A stretch of 64,000 nt of DNA from Stegostoma tigrinum (taxonomy: Eukaryota), in NCBI RefSeq assembly GCF_030684315.1, contig NC_081371.1, positions 40,802,390-40,866,389 on the forward strand, read 5' to 3'. Both the position numbers and the translations under genes were made by a program. The notes beneath the pieces were generated by a model. That model worked only from the letters and a program-made list of their open reading frames with translations. It had not been told where the DNA came from and did no database searches. This document shows positions 61,098 to 64,000 of the stretch, one piece after another. Position 1 is the stretch's first letter. Every line of letters begins with the position of its first letter.

Positions 61098-63409
61098 TGG
61101 CAATTGTTTAAAGTGAGAGAGGAAAAGTTTAGAGGAGATTGCAAAGAAAGGTTTTTGTCCAGAGGGTGGTAGGTGCCTGGAATGAACTGCCAGTGGAGGT
61201 GGTAGAGGCAGATATGATAGCAACACTTAAGAGGCATTTAGACAGACTAATGAGCAGGCAGAGAATAGAGGGCTGTGAACCATGTGTGAATGGCGTTAGT
61301 TTAGAATGCCATCATGGCTGGCCAGGACACGGTGGGCCAAAGGACCTGTTGTAGTGCTGTCCTGCTGTATGTTCTATGAGACGAGATTCTCGCTTGTGAG
61401 TGATGAGAGGCTTGGTAACAGGAATTGTTACTCGTTGTCACCCTCATTATATCTTTATCTCACCTCATTAACATGAACTGTACTGTCCTATTTTATGACC
61501 CGCTGTTTAGAAACTAGAGGGCACCAAGAACTCCTGAGATGAAAGTCAGAGCAGTTACCTGGTGATTAAAGATTACTACTTGTTCCTTTGGATGTTCAGT
61601 AGCTGCATACACCCCATGGCCATGGATACTGGCATCCAGCATGTGTTAGCATCTAAGCACCTCTCCTCCGATCCACTTATAGTACACTCAGTACTTCAAT
61701 TCCATACTTTGGTGTGCAATAGCACCTCTCATTGGATCTCTGCTGCAAGGGCGGACACCCAGCTAAAGATCTCAAGATTGGATCAGGCAGCATTCCAGGG
61801 CCGCTCCCTCATTCTGTTAGTGCTCCTTGGCTTTGTGTTTATCTGGGTGCTGAATGTATCCCTGCAATGCCTGGCCTAATAGTGTGTTGCCTTAAAGCCA
61901 AACTTTTAAGGCTCACGCTACTTCAGCCTTGCTGTGTGCCTTAATGTCAACACAAAGACAGCCAGCCTGATGTGTTGGTCACTAGTCATCAGCTAAGAGC
62001 TGGATATGTTGCTGCACATCATAGTGCTAATTCAATCTCATAACAAAAGTATGTGCCAGTAGCCTACATGACAAATACCCTGTGTGTGCATCAACTAAAC
62101 GGCCATATCTCAAAATTGGAGGGGATTGCCCTCACTCCGGTCAAGGGGGATCACTGTTAATTAGCGGTTCCTACTGCACTTAAACAAGGGCAGTATATGC
62201 CATCAGTCTAGGGGCATGGACCGTGATCAGGCAACTGCTGGGCACAGTCAGGGTCAGAGAGTCACTACAGTTTGGGGAGTGGCCACGGACAGTCCGCTAA
62301 GTCCTGTGCATGTGGTCAAGAGATTAGCGAATCATCACTCGGGGAGGTTCACAGCAACACAGAGATCAGTCAGGGGTCTGGTCAGTCCTCAGTTCTTAGA
62401 GGTTTTGTGATGGGGGAGAACCTGACGACCAGGCTTGTGGTGTCCAATGTGGCGTACGTTGCCTTCCACGATCTGTTGAGCGTTGAATGCAATCTGTGAG
62501 GGAAAAATGACTGCAATCACATGACGAGTAGCTACCTATTTGTTGGCCAAAATTACAGGCTTCGCTTCCGTGTAACAGGCGTATGTTCAAGGGTAACTGC
62601 TTCTGTTGTACACTTACAGAGTGCTGGTTGAAGTCACTATCAGTCATATCATCATGCATTTGAAATGAAGGCATTGCACGACCACATTGGTGCAAATGTT
62701 GGCCACAAGCAGTGTTGACTGTGTCATTGGTCCTTGCAGATAGATATCTGTGTGAAAGTAATCCCAGGCACCCTTAAAGGGTCACCTGTGGGCTTCAAAG
62801 CACTCAGTTAATGCAAGACCACCTAGATGCACAAAAGCCCAGAACTTGATACCCTGTCAACCTGAACTGAGAGGCTCATGCAAAGTGCTCTGATATGTAA
62901 TAATGCCTTTCTAGCATGATGAGACTGAAAGGAGATGAGTTCAGCACTCATGAAGCACCGACACTCTCCAACTGTCTCATTGCCACATGCTTGGTGGTAT
63001 GCATTAGTTAGAGAACAGTCTAATGCCAAAATTCCAAAAATAATCATTTCGTGAACTTCCTTGTTAGAATGCTCCATGTCACACTATAGGAGGAAAATGT
63101 TAAGCCATTGTTTGTAAGTGATGTGAATGCTGACTGTTTACATTACTAAGGACCTGTTTTGCTTCTTCTGGGCCCCACACAAGGTAATTGCAAGTGTCAA
63201 CTGTGGCTCCAGTCATAGCAGGGCTTATCATCATTTTTCTGCAATGCAATGATGATGCAGAGAAATGGAAAAAGAGCTGATGCACCAGCAAGCCCAGGAC
63301 CAGAAGTAACCTCCAGCAGAGATCTGACAGTCTCCACCTGAAGAGATTGCAGGTGAAGGTCAGTGCAGAATGTCCAGGAGTTAGAGGCCAAAAGGTTTCA
63401 TCCCCAGTG

Positions 63410-63802
63410 CCATTTTCTCCTGATGAGTGAGGCACAGTGTTTGTGCAGGCTGAGGATGTCGAGGGACACTGTCCCTAAACCATGCTGAGCATCCCTTAGG
63501 CCATCAACATACAGCTGCTTTGAACATTCTTGCAATTGACTTCTTTCAAGGAGCTACTGGGGACCTGTGTGGAATTTCTCACTTATAGCTGATGTATTTC
63601 TGGGTGGATAACTAATGTCATTTGTGCCAGATCTCATTTCCCCATAACAAAGTCAGTGCTGCAGCCAGGCATTGGCTGTAACAACATAACTGGCATCGAC
63701 TAGGTGTGGGGTACAAAAGACTGTACTCCATATCATGATACAGCTGCATTCATCAATAAAAAGGAGTTTCAGCCCTTCAGTGTGCAAGTCATGTGTGATC
63801 AT
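63410..63802 (+). pseudogene. Degenerate PIF/Harbinger (HARBI1-like) transposase
   Basis: Fragments in order: FLLMSEAQCLCRLRMSRDTV; FFQGATGDLCGISH; TGID*VWGTKDCTP (cf. GFP.V.GAIDCTH); FINKKEFQPFSVQVMCDH (cf. F.NRKGFHS.NVQ.VCD). Confidence 0.75.
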
Positions 63803-64000
63803 TGGTTCCACATCTTAGATGTTTGCATCGGACAGCCGTCGCTGTATCATTATTCTTGAGACCTCTGACGTTCGTGTTGCATTTGAGTCCAGCCTTATAA
63901 GGATAGCAAGTAGGTCTACCCACCGCAGCCTTGTCTGATGAGTCTTGTGCAATCACTTGACTGAAAAGGAGCCTGGAAGCACTGCAGCCCATTTTTCAGC

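Noticed and set aside
58170-64000. Search for METTL25 exon 3 (expected FMN.KKSHEV motif), including the acceptor-like tttgtttcag at about 58178
   Set aside because: Motif not found by eye; the exon probably lies beyond the window.

Overview
Vertebrate nuclear DNA that is AT-rich, intron-dominated and repeat-dense. The repeat content (CR1 LINEs, HE1-type and SacSINE-type SINEs, two clades of Penelope-like elements, Harbinger remnants) points to a shark, probably an orectolobiform; this is inference from recalled repeat families. Three spliced genes can be reconstructed by hand. (1) CCDC59/TAP26 is complete on the - strand, with 4 coding exons and 211 aa. (2) METTL25 exons 1-2 lie on the + strand, head-to-head with CCDC59 across about 230 bp. 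(3) A gene I cannot name lies on the - strand, with at least 10 phase-consistent coding exons (25854 to 2296, 416 codons) encoding two divergent calponin-homology (CH) domains and a coiled-coil-like segment; the ORF track shows only fragments of it. The most notable non-coding pattern is four short fold-back insertions built from Penelope pseudo-LTRs, flanked by 11-15 bp target-site duplications; three keep a hammerhead-like core. Family assignments come from motif recognition, not database searches. Repeat boundaries are approximate unless a TSD is given.
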